A stretch of DNA of 64,000 nucleotides. Source: Candidatus Nanosyncoccus sp. GTDB lineage: Bacteria > Patescibacteriota > Saccharimonadia > Saccharimonadales > Saccharimonadaceae. The stretch covers positions 9,837 through 73,836 of the forward strand of contig JAZPZQ010000022.1 of the NCBI GenBank assembly GCA_045544765.1, given 5' to 3'. This document shows, in pieces, positions 46,287-56,568 of this stretch. Both the position numbers and the translations under genes were made by a program. Within the stretch, counting starts at the first letter, position 1, and each line of letters opens with the position of its first letter. The notes beneath the pieces were generated by a model, which had not been told where the DNA came from, searched no databases, and worked only from the letters and a program-made list of their open reading frames with translations.

Positions 46287-49200
46287 GCAAAAGCTTAATA
46301 AACTGCTTAATATCGGCCAATTTTAGGTTAGGATTCGCCGGCAAAAAGATCTCGGGGTCATCCATAAATGCCAGCGTTTCCACTTGTCGATAAACACTTT
46401 GTATCAGTTTAATTAACTCAGTTTCCGCTTCTTCTTCAAAATCATATGGTTTATCGTAGACTTCACCATCCTTATCTGGCACGACAAATAGGATATGCGC
46501 ACGTGTGACCTTATATTTGCGGTAGGTCGGCGAATTATTCAGGAGCAGTTTATAAAACAATAGCTGCAACATATATTTATACAAAGTAGCGTGGCTCTGC
46601 CATTTTTCCTTGTGATAGCCAGCTGTCTTAAAATCGTAAATTTCGATTGTTTTTGATTTTTCGTCGATTACAATATGGTCAATCGCACCAGTCACAGGTA
46701 CCCCAGCCACTGTCAGATTCTCTGGTCGTAGGTTTACTTCGGCCTTACCCGTTCTTAAAATGGCCCCAAACCGTTCCAAAGACACCGCCAAATCCGCCGG
46801 TCCCTTCTCGCGTAACCTCCGCATCACTTCGCTCTCCAGTTCCTTCTTCTCTAGCTCAGCCAGGAAATATTTAATTGCTTCATCATCAGACAGCCCGTCA
46901 TTAGTCACCGCTTCAAAGGTCTTATGTACCAAATTACCAAATGCCAATGCCTCCGTCTCCGGCTCGCTCGGCACTCGCAGGATTTCACGCTTAAAGAACT
47001 CCTCCGGCCCCGCGTACACAATATCAATAAAAGTAGTAAGTGATGTTGCTGACATCCGGTAACGACTGACCTGCTCCTTATAGATTGCCTTCATATCCGG
47101 TGTAGCGTCGCGGTAGGGCGATAGCCAATTTTTCAGGTTATTTTCGGAGATTTTATCCGCGCTTTGATCGTAGCAGCAATTCACTTCTCGGGACGGTAAA
47201 TACGGCGAAATCACCTTATCACCCTCTGTGTATTCTGCCAAATATTCCAACCTTTCAGGGCTTTTGCCGTTAAAATCAGCCAGCGAATTAGTAATATAAA
47301 GTGACTTTTTCGCCCGGGTCAACGTCACATACAGAATTCTTAGCTTTTCTCCGTCGGTTGTACCGGTATGACGAATCTGCATCAGGTTTTTAGGCAAACT
47401 TAGGGTGTTGTTGTTGCCTTTGGCTTTACCCCAGGCCATATTATCCGCCGACAAGATAAACACATACTCAAACTCGAGCCCCTTCGCTTTATGCGCCGTT
47501 AACACCTGCACAGCGTCCGTAGCCTCTTTGTATGGCGACAAAGTATTTATAGGCATCTCGGCAGACTCATAATCATCCACCATTGCAATCAAATCCGCAA
47601 GTTTCAGGCTTTTATCGCCAAAATGCTTGCGCAGTTTCCCTCGTAAAGCTGCCAAATTTTCGTACAAAGAAAACGCCGTATATTCACCCTGGTCTGTATA
47701 ATAGCCAAGAAACGGCGAGCGATACCCCTCTAGCTCTATCGCTCCAATCAGATAATCTAGGAAAATCTCCAATGGCTCTGTAAACGAACGCGCAACTAGA
47801 TTTGTTAGCCATTCCGCCACTTGCCGAATCTCTGGTACTTTCGAATTCGCTAAATAATCAAACACCGCCTTTCTATCACGTCGCGCCGAGGTAATAATTT
47901 TTACCACCTCTAACATTGGCAATTTAAAAAACGCATATCCCAATACTTCCAAAATTGCTGTGTTTCCGTTCTGTTGGTTCGCCAGCTCATATACCACCCG
48001 TGCCAATGTCAGAATCTGGTGAATTTTATCATCCTCCAGTAAATCACTCTGTTTCTCATACGCAATATTAATCTCAGGATGGGATTTTAGATAAGGCAAA
48101 AGCGGCATAAAATACTTGCGCTTGTAGGAAATTATTGCGATTTCATTCTGCGGCACCCCAGATTTTATCAGCTTGGCAATCCTATTTGCGACAAACCCAA
48201 ATTCCATATCTGACGCCTTAAATTCGTAACGATAAATCTGGGACTGGCTCGGCGCTTCCTTATGCGAAATCAACTCCTTATCCGCAAATCGATCCGGCGC
48301 TTGTCGGATTATCTCTCCCGCAAAGTCTAAAATCTCTTGCGTGCTCCGGTAATTTTCTACCAGAGGTATCACTTCCGCCTTGTAATGTTCCTGAAAATCC
48401 GTCAAATTCGTCGACAGCGCCCCCTGAAATTCATAAATCGCCTGGTCATCATCGCCCACTGCCATAATCATTGGCTTTTCGTAATCCGTCAAAGCTTTAA
48501 TGATTGCAAATTGCGATGGGTTAGTATCCTGAAATTCATCTAGCATAATATATTGATAGCGCTCCGACAAAGTTAACCGGAACCCTATGTCGCTAGACAG
48601 TATTTTTACGGCTTCCTGAATCATATCATCAAAATCATATAGGTTATTTTCACGAAGATGCAGGTCATATTGCTCTGCTACGTTTGCAAGGCCGAGTAGT
48701 TTTTTATTCGCCACGCGGTCTTTTAGTCTGTAATTCCCCTTCGCATCCTTCTCGAAATGGTCATTACGCCATTTGGTGAGCCCAGTAACTTTTTGTGAAG
48801 ATTCCGCCTCTATCATTGCCTCCCTTAGACTCCGCGCTAGTTCGCCAATTGAACGCTCTACTCGAGGTAAAATTGGTTTTACTTCGACGTATTCCTTTAG
48901 TATTTCGTTAATCGGCTGGTAAGCTTCCTCATAAGAATCTTTAAAGTTCCTCGGTACTACTTTTTTCAGCAGAGGCGATATTGCCTCTGACAAGACTTTT
49001 GAATCTTCCAGGTTAACTTCCGCTATTTTCTTCAAATCTGCCGGTGTAAGACCTGCTGATTTGGCTGCGGAAATCACACTAATGATATTTTTAACATTAT
49101 CACCCCTTAAAATGTCCGTACCTGGTAGAGCGTCCTGGATTGATTTGACAATCTTAAACTGCGTCACTTCATCAATGGCCGAATCTAGCTGCCGATCGTA

Positions 49201-49500
49201 ATCTTCGCTGTAATTACGATATTGCGCCAAAATATCTGTGCCAAACGCGTGATAAGTCCCAATGTTTACCTTCATCGCATCGGTACCGATTATGGTCTTT
49301 AAGCGCTCGCGCATATTTGAAGCGCCTGTCTCTGTAAAGGTCAAACATAAAATATTCTCTGGATTAGTATCCGTAGATTTCAAAATATAAGCCACCTTTT
49401 CCGACAGAAGTTGGGTCTTACCTGTGCCAGGACCCGCTAGCACCAACAAAGGTCCGTCCAGGTATTCTACCGCTCGCTTCTGATTCGCATTTAATCCCAT
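46267..49500 (-). CDS. UvrD/PcrA-like SF1 helicase fused to a C-terminal PD-(D/E)xK nuclease (AddA/AdnB-like)
   Basis: AGPGTGKT, LDEFQDT, VGDDDQAIY, TAHKAKGLE, YVTLTRAK, GAIDH...IYDFKT. Confidence 0.9.
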   Translation of the reverse strand: MGLNANQKRAVEYLDGPLLVLAGPGTGKTQLLSEKVAYILKSTDTNPENILCLTFTETGASNMRERLKTIIGTDAMKVNIGTYHAFGTDILAQYRNYSEDYDRQLDSAIDEVTQFKIVKSIQDALPGTDILRGDNVKNIISVISAAKSAGLTPADLKKIAEVNLEDSKVLSEAISPLLKKVVPRNFKDSYEEAYQPINEILKEYVEVKPILPRVERSIGELARSLREAMIEAESSQKVTGLTKWRNDHFEKDAKGNYRLKDRVANKKLLGLANVAEQYDLHLRENNLYDFDDMIQEAVKILSSDIGFRLTLSERYQYIMLDEFQDTNPSQFAIIKALTDYEKPMIMAVGDDDQAIYEFQGALSTNLTDFQEHYKAEVIPLVENYRSTQEILDFAGEIIRQAPDRFADKELISHKEAPSQSQIYRYEFKASDMEFGFVANRIAKLIKSGVPQNEIAIISYKRKYFMPLLPYLKSHPEINIAYEKQSDLLEDDKIHQILTLARVVYELANQQNGNTAILEVLGYAFFKLPMLEVVKIITSARRDRKAVFDYLANSKVPEIRQVAEWLTNLVARSFTEPLEIFLDYLIGAIELEGYRSPFLGYYTDQGEYTAFSLYENLAALRGKLRKHFGDKSLKLADLIAMVDDYESAEMPINTLSPYKEATDAVQVLTAHKAKGLEFEYVFILSADNMAWGKAKGNNNTLSLPKNLMQIRHTGTTDGEKLRILYVTLTRAKKSLYITNSLADFNGKSPERLEYLAEYTEGDKVISPYLPSREVNCCYDQSADKISENNLKNWLSPYRDATPDMKAIYKEQVSRYRMSATSLTTFIDIVYAGPEEFFKREILRVPSEPETEALAFGNLVHKTFEAVTNDGLSDDEAIKYFLAELEKKELESEVMRRLREKGPADLAVSLERFGAILRTGKAEVNLRPENLTVAGVPVTGAIDHIVIDEKSKTIEIYDFKTAGYHKEKWQSHATLYKYMLQLLFYKLLLNNSPTYRKYKVTRAHILFVVPDKDGEVYDKPYDFEEEAETELIKLIQSVYRQVETLAFMDDPEIFLPANPNLKLADIKQFIKLLLAKNPV

Positions 49501-50270
49501 TCTTTGAATCTCCCTATTATTTCGTTCATTATACTTGTAGTCGGTGGCAAATCGATTTCTCCTCGGATGATTCTCTTTAGCGCCGAAAGACCTTCGACCG
49601 TCTTCTCCGGGCGGAGAGAACCATTTTGCCTGAGCAAATCACCAAATTCATAATTTCTTGATGGATAGCCACAGGTGAGTTTAAGATCCCCAATCCCGCA
49701 CACCAAATTCACCGTATCCGCTCTGGCTCCATTTTCCGCCAAAATTGCCTTCATCTCGTCACAAGTCGCTTCGATATATCGCATCCACTCCTCACTGTCT
49801 CGTCTTAGTCCCCGGAATCCTGCTTCAATCGCATAAACGTTTTTAAGCGCTCCGCACATCAAAACGCCATTCTCATCGTCAGTCATATCAAAAGACAAGT
49901 AATCCGTAGTAAATAAATCCACGATTCGCGCGTCTGTCGCCGTTAGCTTAGTGGGCTTACCAGCCTTAATATCGTCCGCGAAACCCGGTCCCGACAATAC
50001 CATATAATCGCTAAAATCAGCAAAGGTTTGTGCCGACAGTATCCCTTTAGTGGCCACAATCAGCGGTATTTTTTTAGGTAAATGTGGTAGCACATAAGGC
50101 ACGGCTCGGGAGGGCACCGCTAGTACGATATATTTCGCCGAGCTTACCACTTGAGCTAAAGATTCACGCTCCACTCGCGAATCGTAATAATCAATATCGT
50201 ACCCCTTCTCAGCCAGCACTCCACCGAGCGCTGTTCCAAAAGCCCCGGCACCTAAGATTGCAATTTTCAT
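49491..50270 (-). CDS. gpsA: NAD(P)H-dependent glycerol-3-phosphate dehydrogenase, compact form
   Basis: GAGAFGTALG, GALKNVYAI, GIGDLKLTC...SRNY, KTVEG. Start MKIAIL at 50270. Confidence 0.85.
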   Translation of the reverse strand: MKIAILGAGAFGTALGGVLAEKGYDIDYYDSRVERESLAQVVSSAKYIVLAVPSRAVPYVLPHLPKKIPLIVATKGILSAQTFADFSDYMVLSGPGFADDIKAGKPTKLTATDARIVDLFTTDYLSFDMTDDENGVLMCGALKNVYAIEAGFRGLRRDSEEWMRYIEATCDEMKAILAENGARADTVNLVCGIGDLKLTCGYPSRNYEFGDLLRQNGSLRPEKTVEGLSALKRIIRGEIDLPPTTSIMNEIIGRFKEWD

Positions 50271-50303
50271 AATATCCATTATACACTATGATATAATAAA
50301 AAT

Positions 50304-51155
50304 ATGGAAAACACATTTACTATTATGCCGATGAGTCAACAAGTCAGCCTCACGCCAGGCGAGACTTATACCGGCACCCTTACTATCGTAAATCCTGTAG
50401 ACGCTACTGAGGATTTTCATTACAAAATTGAAATTTCACCATATGGCGTAGTTGGTGAAGATTATCAAGCCGACCTCAGGAGCGTGACAGGTCGTAACGA
50501 AATAACTAAATGGATCGAAATTGAGGAGCCGACCGGCACCGTCAAACCAAATGAATCCAAAAAAGTCACTTTCAAGATTAACACCCCCAAGAATGCTGCT
50601 GCCGGTGGTCAATATGCCGCCCTTACGGTTTCTAGCGATTCTAACACTGCGAGCAGTAACGGCGTTTCTGTTAACAATGTCTTCGAAATGGCTAGCCTTA
50701 TCTACGGGACAGTCGGTGGAGATATTACGCGAGGTGGCGAAATACTCGAAAATAACGTTCCTGGTTTTATTGCTGTCCCACCTCTAGAGACTTCAGTGAA
50801 ACTAGAGAATACTGGTAATATCCACGAAGTTGCCACTGTCGTACTGAAAGTCACCAATTTCTTTACTGGCGACGTAATCTTCCCAACCGGCGAAGAGACT
50901 GGCGAGTTTAGCGAAATCGTGATGCCAGAGACCACCTACTTAGCCACCCGCAACGTATCTAATCTTCCGGCGCTCGGCGTTGTTAAGGTCAGCCAGACGG
51001 TTTACTACCGCGGTCAAGACGCCAGTGTCACCGAAAGAGAAGTTATTATCTGTCCGATTTGGTTTATGCTTCTGGTCATCGCTTGTATTGCGGCCATAGT
51101 AGCGTTTATCGTTTCCCGCGTGCGCAAGCACCGCAAAAAACGCTTGAATGACTAA
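50304..51155 (+). CDS. Surface protein, WxL-interacting (DUF916/DUF3324)-like Ig domains with C-terminal TM
   Basis: Beta-rich; VKPNESKKVTF...GGQYAA, ENTGNIH, VIICPIWF plus TM and basic tail. Confidence 0.6.
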   Translation: MENTFTIMPMSQQVSLTPGETYTGTLTIVNPVDATEDFHYKIEISPYGVVGEDYQADLRSVTGRNEITKWIEIEEPTGTVKPNESKKVTFKINTPKNAAAGGQYAALTVSSDSNTASSNGVSVNNVFEMASLIYGTVGGDITRGGEILENNVPGFIAVPPLETSVKLENTGNIHEVATVVLKVTNFFTGDVIFPTGEETGEFSEIVMPETTYLATRNVSNLPALGVVKVSQTVYYRGQDASVTEREVIICPIWFMLLVIACIAAIVAFIVSRVRKHRKKRLND

Positions 51156-51156
51156 T

Positions 51157-51183
51157 AAAATCTCCCCTAGTGGGAGATTTTTT
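51157..51183. terminator. Bidirectional terminator
   Basis: AAAATCTCCC-CTAGT-GGGAGATTTT between convergent genes. Confidence 0.75.
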
Positions 51184-51202
51184 AGTGAAATCAAAGCGCG
51201 GT

Positions 51203-51751
51203 TTATTCGACCGAAAGAATCTTACCGGTACCGTGCTCCAATTTCAGTAATCTCTGATTTTTCGAACCTCTAAATCTTAAACTCAGATCCCTTTGTTTTA
51301 AGATAAATGGACCATCAATCAAAGCATCCAGTGATTTTAATAGTTCCCAAGGTTCTTTACCGTATTCTTTGATTATCTCATAAGTAAAGCCCGAAAAGCT
51401 CCACGCGTCCCAACCGAGTTCCTTCCGTACATAATCTGCAATCTGTTTACAGGCCTTAGGCTGGACAAATGGCTCGCCCCCGCAAAAAGTTAGTCCAGTT
51501 TGCCCCTTAAATTTCGATAACTGTTCTAAAACGTCTGCAATCGGCACCAGCATCCCAGCGCAATAATCCCAAGTTTCCGGATTTTGGCACCCTGGGCAAT
51601 GGTTCGGGCAGCCTTGCGTCCAAAGCACCGCTCTTAGGCCATCGCCATTGACAATATTATCGTGTTCCAAGGGTCCCGACAGCCGAATATACCCCTCCGG
51701 CGTCTCGAGTTGCTTGGCGATTTTTTCTAGTGAAATCTTGTGATAATCCAT
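51203..51751 (-). CDS. nrdG: Anaerobic RNR activating radical SAM protein
   Basis: VNGDGLR, QGCPNHCPGC, GGEPF, FRGSKNQR. Confidence 0.95.
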   Translation of the reverse strand: MDYHKISLEKIAKQLETPEGYIRLSGPLEHDNIVNGDGLRAVLWTQGCPNHCPGCQNPETWDYCAGMLVPIADVLEQLSKFKGQTGLTFCGGEPFVQPKACKQIADYVRKELGWDAWSFSGFTYEIIKEYGKEPWELLKSLDALIDGPFILKQRDLSLRFRGSKNQRLLKLEHGTGKILSVE

Positions 51752-51762
51752 AAAGTGATGTG

Positions 51763-51881
51763 AGTAAAAGCATAAATAGAATTCGAGGGTTGCCGCAGGT
51801 CACGACCGAGGACTAGGACGATTTTCCCCGTAACGACGGGCGAAAATCGTCCGCAACCCGAGAAACTATTTATGCTTTACT
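51763..51881. repeat. ~119-bp hairpin/MITE-like element between nrdD and nrdG
   Basis: Terminal IRs share AAAGCATAAATAG and GGGTTGC; inner stem GGACGATTTTC-CCCGT/ACGGG-C-GAAAATCGTCC. Confidence 0.7.
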
Positions 51882-54074
51882 TTCTCCTTTCGCACAATTA
51901 CAAATCTTCTCAAAGGGAATGTCGCCTTCGAGCCTCCCGCAATGCGGGCACCTATCACCTGTAATCACACCCGAAAACCCGCACACTGGGTCACGATCTA
52001 CCGGATGATTTACCGACCCATAGCCAATTCCGCAGTCATGCATTTTGCGAATCACCGCTTCAAATGCCGCGATATTTTGCGACGGGTCACCGTCTAGCTC
52101 GATGTAAGTAATATGTCCCGCGTTACAAAGATTATGATACGGTGCCTCAATCTCAATCTTCTCAAATGCCGAAATCGGGAAGTATACCGGCACATGGAAG
52201 GAATTGGTATAGAACTCGCGGTCGGTTACGCCCGGAATTATGCCGTATTCCTTGCGGTCAAGCTTCGTAAACCGCCCCGCAATCCCTTCCGCCGGAGTAG
52301 CGAGCAATGAGAAATTCAATTTGTACTTTTTACAGTATTCGTCACATTTCTCTCGCATATGCGTAATAATATCCAGACCAAGTTCCCGCGCATCCTCATC
52401 TTCGCCGTGATGCTTCCCCACCATCGCGACCAAAGTTTCCGCAAGCCCGATAAACCCAATCGAGAGCGTACCATGCTTAATCACATCGCGCAGAGTGTCA
52501 TTTGGCCCCAATTTCTCTGATCCGAACCAGTTACCCTGCCCCATCAGGAATGGGAAGTTGCGTACATGCTGATTCGCCTGGAACTCAAACCGCTCCAGCA
52601 GCTCGTCTTTTACCAAATCTAGTTTCTCGTCTAACTCATGATAGAACCCATCCCAATCAGCCTCTTTGCGCTCGCCTAGGCAAACCCCGTGCTTAATCCC
52701 AATCCGCACCAGATTAATCGTTGTAAATGACAAATTCCCGCGCCCTGTTACAATTCCATCCGACTCCGGAAACACCGATGCGAACACCCGCGTCCGGCAA
52801 CCCATCGTCGCAATTTCCGTCCGATAATCGCCTTTCTTATAATACTTCAAGTTATACGGCGCATCGATAAAACAGAAATTCGGGAATAGCCGCTTCGCCG
52901 AGACTTCCATCGACTTCTTAAACAAATCATAATTCGGGTCATCTGGCTCATAGTTCACCCCAGATTTTACCTTGAAAATTGAAATCGGGAAAATCGGCGT
53001 CTCGCCCTTACCTAGGCCATTTTCGGTCGCCTCAAGCAAGTATTTAGAGACTAGGCGCCCAGCTGGCGAAGTGTCCGTCCCAAAGTTAATTGAAGTAAAT
53101 GGCACCTGCGCCCCAGCCCTTGAGTGCATCGTGTTAAGGTTATGGATAAAACCTTCCATCGCCTGTAAAGTCTCTCTTTCCACGTCCTCATTCGAAGACT
53201 CAACTACTTCCTTTGGCCATTTAGCTTTCTCTAATTTTTTGTCATCACCATATTCGTAAGTATCTTTAACTTCTAGGTCGAGTTTTTTGCCGGTAAATTT
53301 GTTATATTTAGCGAGATTTCGCTTCAAAGCCTTACGGAAAGACTTATTCACCCCTGGTGCCATTGCGTAATCGAAATTTGGAATTGATTGTCCACCGTGC
53401 TGCTCATTTTGGTTAGCTTGAAGCAAAATCGCCGCGAGCGCCCCGTAGGAGCCAATCGAATTTGGGGTACGCAAATGCCCGTGCCCGGTGTTAAACCCGC
53501 CATTTTCAAACAACACAAACGGATCACTCTGGCAGCAAGTCAAAGTCCCTGTCGCATAAAAATCCAAATCGTGAATATGAATATCACCGCTGTCGTGCGC
53601 CTCGGCAATATCAGGACGCAGTAGCAATGACTTCGCAAACACCTTCGAGCCTTCCGCGCCAAATTGTAGCATCTTGCCCATCGCCGAGTTACCATCCACG
53701 TTAGCGTTGGACCGCTTCACATCCGAATCCTCACTCGCATCCGCGTGAGAAATCGTCCGATAAATCATCATCAGGTCCGACTTCGCTTCGCGCCTCCTCG
53801 AACGTTCCTGTCGATACTGGATATAAGCCTTCGCCGTCTTCTTGAAGCTCGATTCCATCAACACCTCTTCCACGATGTCTTGGATCTGCTCCACATTCGG
53901 CGTGCGCGCTGTAATCTTCTCCTCCGCCCGCTTCAATACCTTCTCAGTCAGAGCTTTTGCCCTATCATACTTAAACTCCTCCGTAGCCAGCCCCGCCTTC
54001 GCAATCGCCTCCGTAATCTTTTCCGGGTCAAATTTTACAATTTTCCCGTCTCGCTTCACGATTCTTTTAAACAT
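51870..54074 (-). CDS. nrdD: Class III (anaerobic) ribonucleotide reductase with ATP cone; lacks the C-terminal RITGY glycyl-radical segment
   Basis: IVKRDG ATP cone, HIHDLDF, TCCQ, MGCRT, ATPAEG, YTNSFH, CPHC; ends ...PFEKICNCAKGESKA. ATG 54074 after GGAGG. Confidence 0.93.
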   Translation of the reverse strand: MFKRIVKRDGKIVKFDPEKITEAIAKAGLATEEFKYDRAKALTEKVLKRAEEKITARTPNVEQIQDIVEEVLMESSFKKTAKAYIQYRQERSRRREAKSDLMMIYRTISHADASEDSDVKRSNANVDGNSAMGKMLQFGAEGSKVFAKSLLLRPDIAEAHDSGDIHIHDLDFYATGTLTCCQSDPFVLFENGGFNTGHGHLRTPNSIGSYGALAAILLQANQNEQHGGQSIPNFDYAMAPGVNKSFRKALKRNLAKYNKFTGKKLDLEVKDTYEYGDDKKLEKAKWPKEVVESSNEDVERETLQAMEGFIHNLNTMHSRAGAQVPFTSINFGTDTSPAGRLVSKYLLEATENGLGKGETPIFPISIFKVKSGVNYEPDDPNYDLFKKSMEVSAKRLFPNFCFIDAPYNLKYYKKGDYRTEIATMGCRTRVFASVFPESDGIVTGRGNLSFTTINLVRIGIKHGVCLGERKEADWDGFYHELDEKLDLVKDELLERFEFQANQHVRNFPFLMGQGNWFGSEKLGPNDTLRDVIKHGTLSIGFIGLAETLVAMVGKHHGEDEDARELGLDIITHMREKCDEYCKKYKLNFSLLATPAEGIAGRFTKLDRKEYGIIPGVTDREFYTNSFHVPVYFPISAFEKIEIEAPYHNLCNAGHITYIELDGDPSQNIAAFEAVIRKMHDCGIGYGSVNHPVDRDPVCGFSGVITGDRCPHCGRLEGDIPFEKICNCAKGESKA

Positions 54075-54078
54075 ATTA

Positions 54079-54127
54079 CCTCCATATATAGTGTCTAACA
54101 TCAATAATAACACACCATATATAGCAT
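54079..54127. promoter_or_regulatory. Tandem NrdR boxes
   Basis: CCTCCATATATAGTGT (54079-54094) and ACACCATATATAGCAT (54112-54127) match acaCwATATaTwGtgt; 33 bp start to start. Confidence 0.75.
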
Positions 54128-54365
54128 TTCAAGACCATTTATGCTTATTTTTCCACAAAAAATCGACAAACGTCGATCTTGGTGGACTTTAGCAAGGCTC
54201 GCATCGAGCTTTAGCGAGATAGAGCCTGGCTTTTTGAAGTTTTATTTCAATAAAAAATGGTGGGGGGCGAATTGAGCAGGTATTAACAACCTATAGGAAA
54301 GACATTCGGGAAAAGTTGAACTATGCTATAATAGAAACATAAGCATTATAGAAAGGATAATTTTT

Positions 54366-55244
54366 ATGGAACAAAATGTAGATACTAGTGCACCGGTGAC
54401 ACCAGTGGCACCTGTAGTAGAAAATAAGCAAAAAGGTAGAAATGGATTAAAAATTGCCGTTGTGGTTGCATGTATTGTCGCGGTGGCCGGAATTGTGTTT
54501 GGAATCATTACGTTGCTACAAGCATTGAAAAAAGATGAGCAGATTACTCAGCTAAATCAACAATTGGTAGACTGCACGGGTATCAGTAACAATAGTAATA
54601 TAACTGGAGAAAATGAGACAATCTGTTCAAATGAAGTGATAGCTGAAGTTGCTGATGGTAAAATTAATAATTATTTGGCTCAAACGATAGTGGATCCATA
54701 TTTAGTGTATTTTGGAAGATTCCGTAATATATTTGACCATGATTTTGATACAGATGCCAAGATGAAAATTGCGTTTGATAATCTAGGTCCAGAAAATATT
54801 ATTCTTTCAATGACTACTGATCAAAGTGTGGTCGTATCTTATGACAGCCTAAATGCGAAGTATCAGGATTTGTTTGGGAGAGATCAGGAAATAGAAAAAC
54901 GTAGTTATGATTCGCCATATTTAGATTTATCTTTTGAAAATGATTTGTTCAAGATTAGCTTTGGCGGTATTGGTGGTACTGGTGGAACAATGTTCTCTAT
55001 CGTTAAAGAGGCGCGTTATAATAACGATGAATTAGTGGTGGACGTATATCATGATACCGCCCCTTGGTGTGAAACCATAGAGAACAGAACTGGCGATGAT
55101 TATTGCGTAGATGCTTATTCAGGTGGGAAGAGTGAAAATGTCTATAACTTAATAAAGAATTTTTCAGATAAAATACCCGTATACATGATGACTTTTGCAA
55201 AAGACGATTGGCATTACGTGCTGAAGGATGTACAGAAAAAGTAG
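54366..55244 (+). CDS. Single-TM surface protein, paralogue 1
   Basis: MEQN...NGLKIAVVVAC TM, coiled coil, extracellular domain ending PVYMMTFAKDDWHYVLK. Confidence 0.75.
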   Translation: MEQNVDTSAPVTPVAPVVENKQKGRNGLKIAVVVACIVAVAGIVFGIITLLQALKKDEQITQLNQQLVDCTGISNNSNITGENETICSNEVIAEVADGKINNYLAQTIVDPYLVYFGRFRNIFDHDFDTDAKMKIAFDNLGPENIILSMTTDQSVVVSYDSLNAKYQDLFGRDQEIEKRSYDSPYLDLSFENDLFKISFGGIGGTGGTMFSIVKEARYNNDELVVDVYHDTAPWCETIENRTGDDYCVDAYSGGKSENVYNLIKNFSDKIPVYMMTFAKDDWHYVLKDVQKK

Positions 55245-55432
55245 CGCAATTGGTGAAATATAGCGATTGGAGCGAACTGAATACTTATTAATGATTTGAG
55301 AGGCCATGCTAGATAGATATCCGAGAAGGGCTAGTTGCGAGTTGATGGGCATTAATAATCTTTTAGGATAGCATTCGGGAAGACTGAACTGTGCTATAAT
55401 TGGAACATAAGCATCATAGAAAGGAAATAGTA

Positions 55433-56352
55433 ATGGAACAAAACATGAATGCTGAGGCTCCGGCAGCATCAACGACGTCATCTGCATCAACATCACCAGC
55501 GTCGGTACCGGTTCAACCGATACTTGCGGCGCCAGTGTTAGGGGGCAAGAAAAATGGCGGTAATGGATTAAAATAGCTACCGCAATTGCGTGTGTTATGG
55601 CGGTTTGTGGTATTGGGTTTGGTGTTTACGGGATGATACAAAGTTCTCAAAGAAGCAATCAAACCGATACCCCAAAAGATGGAACTGCGACTATTGTTGT
55701 CGAATCTGATAATTTAAGTTTAAAGCAAGTAAGAGATTTGCTTAATAAATATATTAATTTCGATTATAATGTAACATCGACAGAAAACAACCTCTTCGAG
55801 AATGGACTAACTGAACGATATAAATATTATCTTTCTCTTAAAAATCTAAACTATACCGATAAAAATAGTGCTATCCATGAAAACGCTGGTGCACCCGGTG
55901 AGGATACAGCAGATTACGAGTATAGTTTTACCTATGATGATATCAATAACACTTACCATAGTTTGTTCGGTTCCAATAGTGATGTTCAAAATCAAGAAGA
56001 TTTTTGGTGTTTCGTACCTTTTTTCTCTGAAGAATATAATAAATATATTTCAATTATTCGATGTGGAGGAGTCGACCCATCTATATATGCTTACGAAATT
56101 CTTGATTATTTTGTTGATAGCGATAAGCTAACCGTGGATATTGCATACATACATATATTTGGGGACTACAATAATGGTGAATGGAAAAAATATATAGCAT
56201 TAGATAGTAGCAATGAAGAGATTGTTGGAGAGGCTTCTAACTATCTTAGTGCTAACTACTTCACAGAACATGAAAATGACTTGCCTAAGTATCAGTTAAT
56301 ATTTGAAAAAGAAGATTCGAACTATATTCTCACGGGCGTAAACAGGCTTTAA
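55433..56352 (+). pseudogene. Single-TM surface protein, paralogue 2, with 1-nt frameshift at 55570-55573
   Basis: MEQNMNAE...NGLK* then IATAIACVMAVCG in another frame. A4 here versus A5 in paralogue 1; same promoter/SD block upstream. Confidence 0.75.
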
Positions 56353-56568
56353 TGTAGATATTAAAGAATCTTACAAGTTTATTATTAACGGAGATTTTTT
56401 GAGACCTGATTGTTTAGGGTATTAACAGACATTTTGACAGGGGTAAAAATCGCGTTTTTGGCAGATTTTGGCTGTAAAAATGGTCCAAAACTGCATACTA
56501 TTGATGCAAGGTACTTAACAGAAAATTACTACTAAAAAATCGGCTAAAATGCCGACTTATATAAAAAA

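Noticed and set aside
51751-51870. Frameshifted or intron-split continuation of nrdD carrying RITGY
   Set aside because: None of the three minus-strand frames of the spacer encodes an RITGY-like motif, and 119 bp is too short for a self-splicing intron.
54279-56427. GGTATTAACA motifs as integron attC sites
   Set aside because: They do not fit RYYYAAC/GTTRRRY with paired internal boxes, and no integron integrase is nearby.
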